Shown here: positions 35,978 through 44,309 of the stretch, in pieces
How the letters are laid out: every line of letters begins with the position of its first letter
How positions within the stretch are numbered: the first letter of the stretch is position 1
DNA from: an uncultured Planctomycetaceae bacterium
Lineage (GTDB): Bacteria > Planctomycetota > Phycisphaerae > SM23-33
Length of the DNA: 46,717 bases
Assembly: GCA_964632015.1 (NCBI GenBank)
Contig: CAZWAT010000002.1
Span: forward strand, 1 to 46,717
Reading direction: 5' to 3'
Position numbers and translations under genes: made by a program
The notes under the pieces: model-generated
The model's database searches: none
What the model was told of the DNA's origin: nothing
Seen by the model: the letters and a program-made list of their open reading frames with translations, nothing else

Positions 35978-36813
35978 TGAATTCATCCGGAAGGATAACC
36001 AAGGCGGTCATTCCCATTGCGGGACTCGGAACGCGCCTCAGGCCGATAACAAGTGCCGTGCCCAAGGCCTTGCTGCCCGTGCCAGGCCCGAACGGTCAGC
36101 CAATCGCGGTTCTGCATCACATATTGCTGGAAGCGGCGGCGGGGGGAATCGAATCAGCGGCGGTGGTTATCTCGCCAGCGCATGAGCGGATGATCGCCGA
36201 TTATCTCGAATGCGCGCATGAGTCTGGCAGAATTCCCCGTGTCGAACTGATTCATCAGGCATCACCGGCAGGGTTCGGTGACGCGGTGAGCCTGGCGCGC
36301 GCCTTTGTTGGCAATGACGCGTTCGCGGTTTTTCTTGGCGACCATGTGTATGCTCCAACAGGCCGGGCATCCGCCTTCGCCGCGCTTGGGGATGCCTACA
36401 TCACCCACAAGCCTGAAGCGCTTGTGGGCGTGCAACAGATAAATGCCGATGCGCTGGGGCTTGTGGGAGTCTGCGGCGCCCAGGCATACGGGCCGGAACT
36501 CTATCGCTGCACCAGGGTAGTAGAGAAACCCGACCTCGACACTGCCCGCGAGCTTGATACGCCATTCCCCGGCGACAGATGGTTTGCACATTGCGGGATG
36601 TACGTGTTCTCGCCGCTGATATTCGATATGCTCGAAAAGGCCCGCCCCGCAAGCGGGGAACTGATGCTCAGTGATGCCCAGATCCTGCTGCTTCGCCATG
36701 CGCCGGACGCGTACCTGCTTAGCGAAATAACCAAGCGGGCATACGATGCGGGCACGGGGGCCGGTTATCTGCGGGCTTTCGAAGCCTTGCAAACCTCGCG
36801 CGATGAACGGTAA
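35974..36813 (+). CDS. Sugar-1-phosphate nucleotidyltransferase (GalU / UTP-glucose-1-phosphate uridylyltransferase-like)
   Basis: KAVIPIAGLGTRLRPITSAVPKALLPV is the nucleotidyltransferase signature. The start overlaps the upstream stop (ATGA). Confidence 0.8.
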   Translation: MMNSSGRITKAVIPIAGLGTRLRPITSAVPKALLPVPGPNGQPIAVLHHILLEAAAGGIESAAVVISPAHERMIADYLECAHESGRIPRVELIHQASPAGFGDAVSLARAFVGNDAFAVFLGDHVYAPTGRASAFAALGDAYITHKPEALVGVQQINADALGLVGVCGAQAYGPELYRCTRVVEKPDLDTARELDTPFPGDRWFAHCGMYVFSPLIFDMLEKARPASGELMLSDAQILLLRHAPDAYLLSEITKRAYDAGTGAGYLRAFEALQTSRDER

Positions 36814-37956
36814 TTATCGTCGGCAGTTCGCCAGAGCGTCCCGAAGCACAGATGAAACGCGATCCACCTGTTCCTCGGTAATATTTCCGAAGAAAGGCAG
36901 GGCGAGCGTTCGCGCCGAAACTTTTTCGGTCATTGGAAGCATGCCCTCGCCTGGTCCAAGCAGTTCGGTTACGTAAGGCTGAGTGTGAATGGGTACGAAA
37001 TACGGGTTGCATCCCACGCCGTTTCGCTGGAGCTCTTTCATGACCGCGTCGCGATGTGATCGCTCAAAATCGTCGCCCAGTCGAATGACATAGACAAACC
37101 AACTGGCGTTGTCAGGCTGGGTCATTGGGGGCAGGTGAATGCCTTGTATGTCCGCAAGGGCCTGGTTGTAAAGGCCCGCCGCCCGCCGGCGCTTGTCGAG
37201 AATCTCGTCGAGCCTGTTCATCTGTCGCAGGCCCAGCATGGCGTTGATCTCACTGAGTCGGTAGTTGTATCCCAGGCGGGCATGCGACAGCCACGCCACT
37301 GTATCCCTGCCCTGGTTTCGCATTGATTTGCACAGGTCGCGAATCTCTTCGCTGTCGGTTACAATCACGCCACCCTCGCCGGTGGTGATCTGCTTGTTGG
37401 GATAGAAGGCGAAAACACCCGCTGCCCCGAACGAACCGGCGTGTCTCTGGCCCAGTCTGCCGCCCAAAGCCTCGCAACAGTCTTCAATCATTATGAGGTT
37501 GTGTTTTTGAGCGATGCGTTCATATTCGTCGAAGTGTGCGGTATTGCCGAAAACCTCTACAGGCAGAATGGCCTTCGTTCGCGGGGTAATAGCCGCCTCG
37601 ACCTGGGCGGGGTCGATGTTGTAAGTGTGGTCAATGTCAACGAAGACCGGTTTGGCGCGTTCGAACAACAGGCAATTGGTCGTCGCGACGAACGAAAACG
37701 ATGGGGTGATGACCTCGTCGCCTTCGGAGATTCCCAACGCCTTGACGCACAGGTGCAGGCCGCTGGTTCCGCTGTTGACGCCAATGCCGTACTTTCTGCA
37801 CGCTTGCTTGGCAATCGCCGCCTCGAACTGTTCAAGAACCGGGCCGATGCTCAAGCGATCGCCGCGCAATACCTCCGCCACCGCCAGCGCGTCTTCCTTG
37901 ACCAGATCAGGGTTGGAAAGAGGCACGGGGCGGACGTTCATCTTGTCTTCGTTCAA
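36814..37956 (-). CDS. DegT/DnrJ/EryC1/StrS-family PLP-dependent sugar aminotransferase (PglE/WecE-like)
   Basis: GTSGLHLCVKALGISEGDEVITPSFSFVATTNC and FYPNKQITTGEGGVIVT (PLP lysine context). There is a 4-nt overlap with the upstream dehydratase gene. Confidence 0.9.
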   Translation of the reverse strand: MNEDKMNVRPVPLSNPDLVKEDALAVAEVLRGDRLSIGPVLEQFEAAIAKQACRKYGIGVNSGTSGLHLCVKALGISEGDEVITPSFSFVATTNCLLFERAKPVFVDIDHTYNIDPAQVEAAITPRTKAILPVEVFGNTAHFDEYERIAQKHNLIMIEDCCEALGGRLGQRHAGSFGAAGVFAFYPNKQITTGEGGVIVTDSEEIRDLCKSMRNQGRDTVAWLSHARLGYNYRLSEINAMLGLRQMNRLDEILDKRRRAAGLYNQALADIQGIHLPPMTQPDNASWFVYVIRLGDDFERSHRDAVMKELQRNGVGCNPYFVPIHTQPYVTELLGPGEGMLPMTEKVSARTLALPFFGNITEEQVDRVSSVLRDALANCRR

Positions 37957-39989
37957 TTTAAATCCTCTGAAGTGTTCTCATGCGTCAGAGCGACCGCGGT
38001 GTCCTGATCGTCACCATTGGCATTGGGACGCTTTGCATAGTCTGGGGGCACAAACTCGGGAACGAGTTTTCTCATAGCTCCAATGACTTCGTGTCGGTCA
38101 TTGGTATACCGCAATTGCTCAAATTCTTTGAAGGCATTATTGACGAACTGCAAGTCGACAGCCTGGCATTTCCAGATGAGCACCTTCGGGTGGACGGTCG
38201 GCTCAATATCCTCGCCGGCGGTGCGAAGCTCTTCGAATAGTTTCTCGCCAGGTCGCATCCCGGAGAAGACAATGTCTATATCCGCGCCCGGACGGAATCC
38301 GCTGAGGGTTATCATCTGGCGAGCGAGGTCGACAATTTTGACCGGTTCGCCCATGTCGAGCAGGAAAATCTGCCCACCCGAACCAGCCGCCGCAGCCTGA
38401 AGCACCAGTTGCGCAGCCTCTGGAATCGTCATGAAATATCGCGTCATTTCAGGGTGTGTGACGGTGACGGGACCACCGGCTGCGATTTGCCTGCGGAACG
38501 TTGGAACCACGGAACCCGCGGACCCGAGGACGTTTCCGAATCGCACCGCCTTGAACTGGGTTCGACAGCCTTCACTCCCGTTGAGCGCCTGGGTGTAGAT
38601 CTCGGCAACACGTTTGGACGCGCCCATGATAGACGAGGGATTGACCGCCTTGTCCGTCGAAATGGTCACGAACTCGCCCACACCGAATTTGCAGCTTGCA
38701 TCCGCCACATTGCGCGTCCCAAGAATGTTGTTCTTCACGGCCTCACAGGGGTTGCGTTCCATCATGGGCACATGCTTGTGAGCGGCGGCATGAATGACAA
38801 CCTGGGGCTTGTGAAGCTCCCACACGCGCATTACCCTTTCGCGGTCATATATGTCGCACACCACCGCGACGACTGGAATATCGGGGAACTTTCCACGCAA
38901 CTCGTTCTCGATGTCGAACAGGGGGGTCTCGGCCTGCTCAACCAGAACAAGCTTCGCCGGTTCAAATGGGCATATCTGCCTGCACATCTCTGAACCGATG
39001 CTTCCTCCAGCACCAGTGACCAGCACGGTTCGATCCTTGAGGAATTTCACCAGCACATCGGCATCGAGCTTCACAGCCTCTCTGCCCAGAAGGTCGTTAA
39101 TGTCCACCGGACGGATCTGTGAAACCGTCACACGCCCGTCGATAAGATCGCCTACGCCTGGAAGCGACTGGAACTTGAGCTTCGTGCCGCTGCACAGCTC
39201 GATGATGTGCCTCATCTGCTTCTGCGTTGCCGAGGGAACCGCGATGATAATTTCGTCAATGTCCATCTGCTCGCAGATCTGGCGAATATCGCTGGTCATA
39301 CCAAGCACAGGAACGCCATGGATGGTGATCCCGTTCTTGTTCCTGTCGTCATCGACAAGCCCGACAACTCGATATCGCTCGACTCGCATGCGTAGAATCT
39401 CGCGAATGATCGACTCGGCTGCGTTGCCAGCGCCAACGATTAAAACCCGCTGAACCCCATCGCTGGAGATCGGTCGAAGCTCTTCGCGGTAAATCCTGAA
39501 TCCAAGCCTTGCCACGCAGACCAGGAAGACCGTCGCAAGGAAATCTAGCACGAGTATACCTGTACGAAATGTGTTCAGGTATGTTCCAATAACGGGCACT
39601 GGCTGGTATTTGAATTGATTTGGTAGCGTGACCATCAGTATTACCAGCACAATCGTGACAAGCACGAACACCCAGGCGGCCAGAAGTATATTGCTGACAT
39701 CACGAATGCTCGAATACTGCCATCCGCCCCTGAAAAGCCTCAATCTGCCGAAGACCACCAGCTTGAGAAGCACAAAGTAGGGGAGTGAAGGCAAGAATTC
39801 GCGAGAAAACCACTTCTCCTTGGGGCCCGAGCCTGGAACGCCACCATCGAACCTGACAAGATAAGCCAGCAGCAATGCCAGGGCGAACAGGAGGGCGTGA
39901 AGGATGATGTTGACTATCAATCGGTGGCGAAGCAGAGACGCTTCAATCCAGGTCAGTGTGTTTTCGCGTGGTTTTTCAGATTGAAACAC
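37953..39989 (-). CDS. Membrane-bound CapD/PglF/WbpM-type nucleotide-sugar 4,6-dehydratase
   Basis: 4-5 N-terminal TM helices. Rossmann motifs VLIVGAGNAAESIIREI and VLVTGAGGSIGSEMCRQI, plus ISTDKAVNPSSIMGASKRVAE. GTG start at 39989. Confidence 0.9.
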   Translation of the reverse strand: MFQSEKPRENTLTWIEASLLRHRLIVNIILHALLFALALLLAYLVRFDGGVPGSGPKEKWFSREFLPSLPYFVLLKLVVFGRLRLFRGGWQYSSIRDVSNILLAAWVFVLVTIVLVILMVTLPNQFKYQPVPVIGTYLNTFRTGILVLDFLATVFLVCVARLGFRIYREELRPISSDGVQRVLIVGAGNAAESIIREILRMRVERYRVVGLVDDDRNKNGITIHGVPVLGMTSDIRQICEQMDIDEIIIAVPSATQKQMRHIIELCSGTKLKFQSLPGVGDLIDGRVTVSQIRPVDINDLLGREAVKLDADVLVKFLKDRTVLVTGAGGSIGSEMCRQICPFEPAKLVLVEQAETPLFDIENELRGKFPDIPVVAVVCDIYDRERVMRVWELHKPQVVIHAAAHKHVPMMERNPCEAVKNNILGTRNVADASCKFGVGEFVTISTDKAVNPSSIMGASKRVAEIYTQALNGSEGCRTQFKAVRFGNVLGSAGSVVPTFRRQIAAGGPVTVTHPEMTRYFMTIPEAAQLVLQAAAAGSGGQIFLLDMGEPVKIVDLARQMITLSGFRPGADIDIVFSGMRPGEKLFEELRTAGEDIEPTVHPKVLIWKCQAVDLQFVNNAFKEFEQLRYTNDRHEVIGAMRKLVPEFVPPDYAKRPNANGDDQDTAVALTHENTSEDLN

Positions 39990-40057
39990 GTGTAGATCCA
40001 GTCAACTCGGACATCCCGGGAATTATGCCCAACTGCACTACCTCCTGAGAGATTCCG

Positions 40058-40086
40058 ATTCTCCAAGGAAACGCAAAACAAGTCAA
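40058..40086 (-). promoter_or_regulatory. Promoter candidate for the dehydratase/aminotransferase operon
   Basis: On the minus strand: TTGACT (40086-40081), 17-nt spacer, GAGAAT (40063-40058). Confidence 0.3.
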
Positions 40087-40229
40087 GAGACCGAAAATAA
40101 AGCCCCGACGCGATTCTCCGCAATCTTCCGTGGGTGTCATTTAGTTCATATCGGCAAAGCGATTCGGTCAGTCCACAAGCTGCATTATACGGAAAAAAAG
40201 TTTTTCACCCCAATAGTGGTTTAAGAAAG

Positions 40230-40715
40230 TCATGTTCCCGTTCGCCCAAGAGATTCATTCAACCACTGTGGAAGGTCTGTTTCGGGCACTCTGTCGGTTC
40301 GTCTGCTTATCTCTTTACCGGTGCTGTCTAGCAGCATCAGTGTTGGCGTGGATGTCAAATCATACTGTTTGGCGATATCCGAGGACGTGCTTGATACCGC
40401 GATTCGCACAAGGATGCACCCGCTTTCCTTCAGGGCGGCGGCATTGTTCTTGATGGTGGTGTTCGCAATGAAATGGTCTATCTCGCCTGGCGGTCGGGAC
40501 ATGAAAAATACCAGTATCGGCGCATTTTCACGTTTGGCATGCTCCAGTGCGCCGGTGAGGTCCTCGCGCCAGCCGTCAAGCTTGGGCCCCTGTCGCTGCG
40601 AGTACTGTATGTAGATGACCAGCACGACGACAAGGATCAGGAATCCAAACTTGACCCATTTATCCTTCTTCGACTTGTGATGTTTTGAGACGGATGATTC
40701 CGGCTGTTCGCTCAT
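40230..40715 (-). CDS. Membrane-anchored thioredoxin-fold protein without CxxC
   Basis: TM helix WVKFGFLILVVVLVIYI. Thioredoxin-like layout PILVFFMSRPPGEIDHF ... TPTLMLLDSTGKEI. The WCGPC position reads RPPGE. ATG 40715 is preferred over the ORF-track start at 40847. Confidence 0.65.
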   Translation of the reverse strand: MSEQPESSVSKHHKSKKDKWVKFGFLILVVVLVIYIQYSQRQGPKLDGWREDLTGALEHAKRENAPILVFFMSRPPGEIDHFIANTTIKNNAAALKESGCILVRIAVSSTSSDIAKQYDLTSTPTLMLLDSTGKEISRRTDRVPETDLPQWLNESLGRTGT

Positions 40716-40999
40716 GATTTTACCAAATTGCAGGTTCCCGTGAATACGTATCATATCACAAAGCCTTTTTCGGCTCAAAGGAACAAAATGCATAAGCGGG
40801 GATTTGGTGTGCGACTCGATTTCGTTGAACGAAATCCAGTTGCACACAGAGGCCCTCGGGGTCGGTCGCCTGGCCCGAGCGAGCGAAGCGAGGCAAAGGG
40901 CGAATCTACTGTTCTATGTATTTGGCAACTGAGTCCAAACAAGCTGCCCTGAAGCTGCAATAAGAATAAAACACGGGGATTTGACATCACCGGAAGCGT

Positions 41000-41044
41000 A
41001 AACAAACCACCCCAGGCAATCGGATGCGGTGGGGCGGTTTGTTT
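41000..41044 (-). terminator. Intrinsic terminator after the IPMS-family gene
   Basis: On the minus-strand RNA, AAACAAACCGCCCC pairs with GGGGTGGTTTGTTT: 14 bp with one G-U. On the plus strand that position would be an A-C mismatch. 17-nt loop, 3' arm ending UUUGUUU. It starts 17 nt past the stop. Confidence 0.55.
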
Positions 41045-41061
41045 ATTGTCAACTGTGCGTT

Positions 41062-42381
41062 TTACTTTTGTTCGCCGAACGCCTCGGCGTACCAGGCGTG
41101 CATTTCCTCGTCACTGATGGTGGTGGTTCTGCCTACCTCATATTCGGCATCCACCCTGTCGCGTATCTTCAACAGTCTTGAATCGTCCTTCGCCACATCC
41201 AGTCTGAAGTGGCTGTCGATCCAGTGTTTGATTCCGGCGGCGCCGCTCTTGTCGGTGATTCGCACGCCACAGGGGCGGTTGAGCACCTTGTGAGTGTCGA
41301 ACGCCGAATAAATCTCTTCACTCTTGGTGAGTCCGTCGGCGTGAATACCGGCGGAAGTGGTGTTGAAATCACGTCCAACCAGGGGGAAATTCGTCGGAAG
41401 TTTGAAGCCAATTCGATCGCGGAAGTATTCCGCAATTTCACTTATTACGGGATAATTCACCTTGTCGATGTGCCCGCGATGCTGGGCCGCCTCGATTACC
41501 ATCGCCTCAAGCGGGGTGTTGCCCGTCCGCTCTCCGATACCAAGGATACTGGCATTGCATGCGGCGCATCCATACAACCACGCCGTCGCGGGGTTGATCA
41601 ACACCTTGTGAAAGTCATTATGACCGTGCCATTCGAGAAGCTCTCCTGGAACGCCCGCGTCGTGAATCATCGCATGCACGATCTTTGGCACCGATCGCGG
41701 AAGCGCGGCGTTCGGCCAGGGTACGCCATAACCCATGGTGTCGCACAGGCGAATCTTAACGTCGATACCGTACTGCTGCCGCAGCTTCATCAGCTCGATG
41801 CCGAACGGAATCACGAACCCGTAAATGTCCGCGCGGGTGACGTCCTCAACGTGGCAGCGAACACGAATTCCCTCATCAAGCGCCGCCTTCACAATGTCAA
41901 GGTAAGCCGCCATCGCCTGCTTGCGGCTCTTTTTGAGCTTGAGGAAAATATGGTAATCGCTGCAACTGGTCAGAATACCCGTTTCAGGCAGCTTCATGTC
42001 CTTGACAAGCTTGAAGTCGCTCTTCACCGCGCGTATCCACCCGGTCACCTGTGGGAACTCAAGCCCTGTCGAGCGGCATTTATCTATCGCCTGGCGATCC
42101 TTCTTGCTGTAAAGGAAGAACTCGCTGGCGCGAATCAGGCCCGAACCCCCATCGAGCTTGCCCAGGAGCTTGTAAATGTCCACAATCTCATCGACCGTGT
42201 ACGGTGGACGCGCCTGCTGACCGTCACGGAAGGTCGTGTCGGTGATCCAGATTTCGCTCGCCGGATTTAATGGAACAGATTGTTCCTCGAATTGCACCTT
42301 CGGGAGCTCAACGTATGGAAACATAGCCCGAAAAAGGTTGGGCTCGGCAACGTCTTGTAATGTAAATTGTTTATCTTTCAT
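41062..42381 (-). CDS. 2-isopropylmalate synthase / homocitrate synthase family enzyme without a LeuA regulatory domain (Re-citrate synthase-like)
   Basis: WITDTTFRDGQQ, IRASEFFLYSKKDR, TGWIRAVKSDF, ETGILTSCSDYHIF, RCHVEDVTRAD, IRLCDTMGYG, EWHGHNDF and GIGERTGN. ATG 42381 is preferred. Confidence 0.85.
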   Translation of the reverse strand: MKDKQFTLQDVAEPNLFRAMFPYVELPKVQFEEQSVPLNPASEIWITDTTFRDGQQARPPYTVDEIVDIYKLLGKLDGGSGLIRASEFFLYSKKDRQAIDKCRSTGLEFPQVTGWIRAVKSDFKLVKDMKLPETGILTSCSDYHIFLKLKKSRKQAMAAYLDIVKAALDEGIRVRCHVEDVTRADIYGFVIPFGIELMKLRQQYGIDVKIRLCDTMGYGVPWPNAALPRSVPKIVHAMIHDAGVPGELLEWHGHNDFHKVLINPATAWLYGCAACNASILGIGERTGNTPLEAMVIEAAQHRGHIDKVNYPVISEIAEYFRDRIGFKLPTNFPLVGRDFNTTSAGIHADGLTKSEEIYSAFDTHKVLNRPCGVRITDKSGAAGIKHWIDSHFRLDVAKDDSRLLKIRDRVDAEYEVGRTTTISDEEMHAWYAEAFGEQK

Positions 42382-42507
42382 AGTTTGTGATCCTGTTTGC
42401 CAGGGGGGTCCGTAGCACTGCTTCATGCCGCGGACCAAAGCGATATAGTACAGCCGGGCAGGCGTATATTCAACATACTGGTCTTTTATTTGTAGTCCAC
42501 TTGCAGT

Positions 42508-42942
42508 TCACCTGCTGGCTCGCGGGTAATACGCCGCCGCACAGCCTGGGGCCTCGCTGACCTCCAGCCGGTAAAGCATGCCGGATGAGTCGCCCATCCG
42601 CTCCGAAAGCCTGAGTGCAAGATACTGCGCCACCCGCTCGGCGGACGCCATACCATCGCTGAAATACGCAAGGTCGTTGAGGTTGACGCCCTCAAGCTCG
42701 CTGGCGATAGCTTCCATTGCACACGCTACCTGAACGAAATCAACCACCACCGCCTGGGGTTGACTCAGAACAGGGCTTCTGAATGTCGCGGTAAACCGCC
42801 ACGCATGCTCGTGGGCGTTTTCAGGCCTGCCCTCTTCGATCAAAATCGAATGACGGGCACGGAATTCCCTTGTTACGCTCGCTTCGAAAAGGCCCATACG
42901 TTCAGTCTCCGGGACGACAACAATTTCTATACCTTCAAACAC
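42508..42942 (-). CDS. 6-pyruvoyl-tetrahydropterin synthase / QueD-fold protein
   Basis: FRARHSI, AHEHAWRF (HxH), VVVDFVQV, LNDLAYF and SAERVAQYL. Confidence 0.7.
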   Translation of the reverse strand: MFEGIEIVVVPETERMGLFEASVTREFRARHSILIEEGRPENAHEHAWRFTATFRSPVLSQPQAVVVDFVQVACAMEAIASELEGVNLNDLAYFSDGMASAERVAQYLALRLSERMGDSSGMLYRLEVSEAPGCAAAYYPRASR

Positions 42943-43075
42943 GCATTGCTGCCGGAAACATTAAGGATATCAACAAATAAGCTATGATGACGCCTACTTT
43001 TGCAAAGAATTACCCGCGGCACCAAATACACAATCAAGGGGAGCTAAGGAAGTGGGTCTTGTAAGTCTAGTATGA

Positions 43076-44137
43076 TCAACGACTTGAGCGTTGAAGCAGC
43101 AAAAAGCCCAGGCGTGTTTGAGAAATCACCAACTGGTTTTTGAATATCCGTATTGCCCCCTTGCCCTGTGGGTGCCACATGTCTTCCCCGATGGAAAGTT
43201 TTACGATATCGATGAGATTTTCTCCTATTTCCTGCTTATTCAGGCAGATGCCGTCCGATTCATCTTCGTCATCGCGATCGGAGGCAAACAATCCGCTTTG
43301 TCGCGATGAGCCGTTGCTTCCAGACGAGTTCTCGGCTTGCACCGATGCGTCAATTCTTGGCCCGCGGTAGTCAGGCGTGGATACCAGCAGGTCCGAAATA
43401 TCATACACCCGAGTAGTGGTTCTGTCATTCAACACCTGCCCGGTGGTGAAGAGCACCATTCCCTCATCAACCATCCAGTAGACGCTGTCAAACTTGTTTT
43501 TGCCCGTGGAGAGCTGCTCTGTGATGAGGTCCAGTATTTTGGCGGGGCTGACATTGCTCGCTTCCAGAGTGATACGGGTATCGGGATAGACGCCGCTGGC
43601 TTCCAACGCCCGCCAGTTAGTGACAATATCTACCTTGGCGATAGAGTTCAGATATGACAGCACATCATGAAGTGGGGTTGCTTGAAACGAGACGCGGTCA
43701 TGTACACGGGGTCGGGGCTCTGTTGGCCGGTGTTTGGGATTGGTGTTCGCGTCTGTCTTGAACTGTCGAGCCTGGGCCAAGGTGGTGATTTCGATATCGT
43801 GTTCCCTGATTCGCCATATCAGGGGCGTTTTGATGGTCGACACCCTCGCGAGCACCTGGTCGAGCAGTTGATCGCCGCGTGCTTCGACTGCCTCCAGCGA
43901 CAGGTGTCTGTCTTTGCCCACCCCGGCAGAGGTCGCCCATTGCCAGTCTACAGAAACTGTCACACCGGTCAGTTGTTCGATTTCGCGCAAGGCTGCGATG
44001 AAGGTGGTGTTGGATGCGGGTCTGCTGTAAATGCTGCTCATTCGCTCGTGAATGGTGGGGGATGATGTGCCCCAGGCGCACGCCTGCACGCACCCCATAA
44101 TCGCCGCTACGCAAAGGGACCAGTACCGCTTTTTCAT
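43076..44137 (-). CDS. Secreted protein of unknown function with an internally duplicated STN/secretin-N-like module and an acidic Ser-rich linker
   Basis: Signal peptide MKKRYWSLCVAAIMGCVQACAWG. Two similar ~55-aa units: IAALREIEQLTGVTVSVDWQWATSAGVGKDRHLSLEAVEARGDQLLDQVL and LHDVLSYLNSIAKVDIVTNWRALEASGVYPDTRITLEASNVSPAKILDLI. The C-terminus is IDIVKLSIGEDMWHPQGKGAIRIFKNQLVISQT. Confidence 0.6.
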   Translation of the reverse strand: MKKRYWSLCVAAIMGCVQACAWGTSSPTIHERMSSIYSRPASNTTFIAALREIEQLTGVTVSVDWQWATSAGVGKDRHLSLEAVEARGDQLLDQVLARVSTIKTPLIWRIREHDIEITTLAQARQFKTDANTNPKHRPTEPRPRVHDRVSFQATPLHDVLSYLNSIAKVDIVTNWRALEASGVYPDTRITLEASNVSPAKILDLITEQLSTGKNKFDSVYWMVDEGMVLFTTGQVLNDRTTTRVYDISDLLVSTPDYRGPRIDASVQAENSSGSNGSSRQSGLFASDRDDEDESDGICLNKQEIGENLIDIVKLSIGEDMWHPQGKGAIRIFKNQLVISQTRLGFLLLQRSSR

Positions 44138-44309
44138 ATTCCGCTCCCTTGCGTTTCATTATACCTGGCGCCTGCTAACAAATATACCCTGGAAGGCAGG
44201 CGAAGATAATTGAGGATTGTCTTGGATGACGCTATATTGCTTCGCACTGTTTTCTAACGCCGCCTTGCACCCGGGCCGCGACAACGCTGCCGCAACGACC
44301 TGGAGCCTC

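Noticed and set aside
35333-39453. Antisense ORFs over the TPR, GalU-like, DegT and CapD genes (for example 35333..35986, 36262..36792, 37441..38007, 38409..38993, 38851..39453).
   Set aside because: All lie opposite genes with clear family signatures, and none has start signals.
41209-42270. A 353-aa plus-strand ORF antisense to the IPMS-family gene.
   Set aside because: It has shadow-ORF composition (Arg/Leu/His/Val-rich, no SD), and the opposite strand has strong family motifs.
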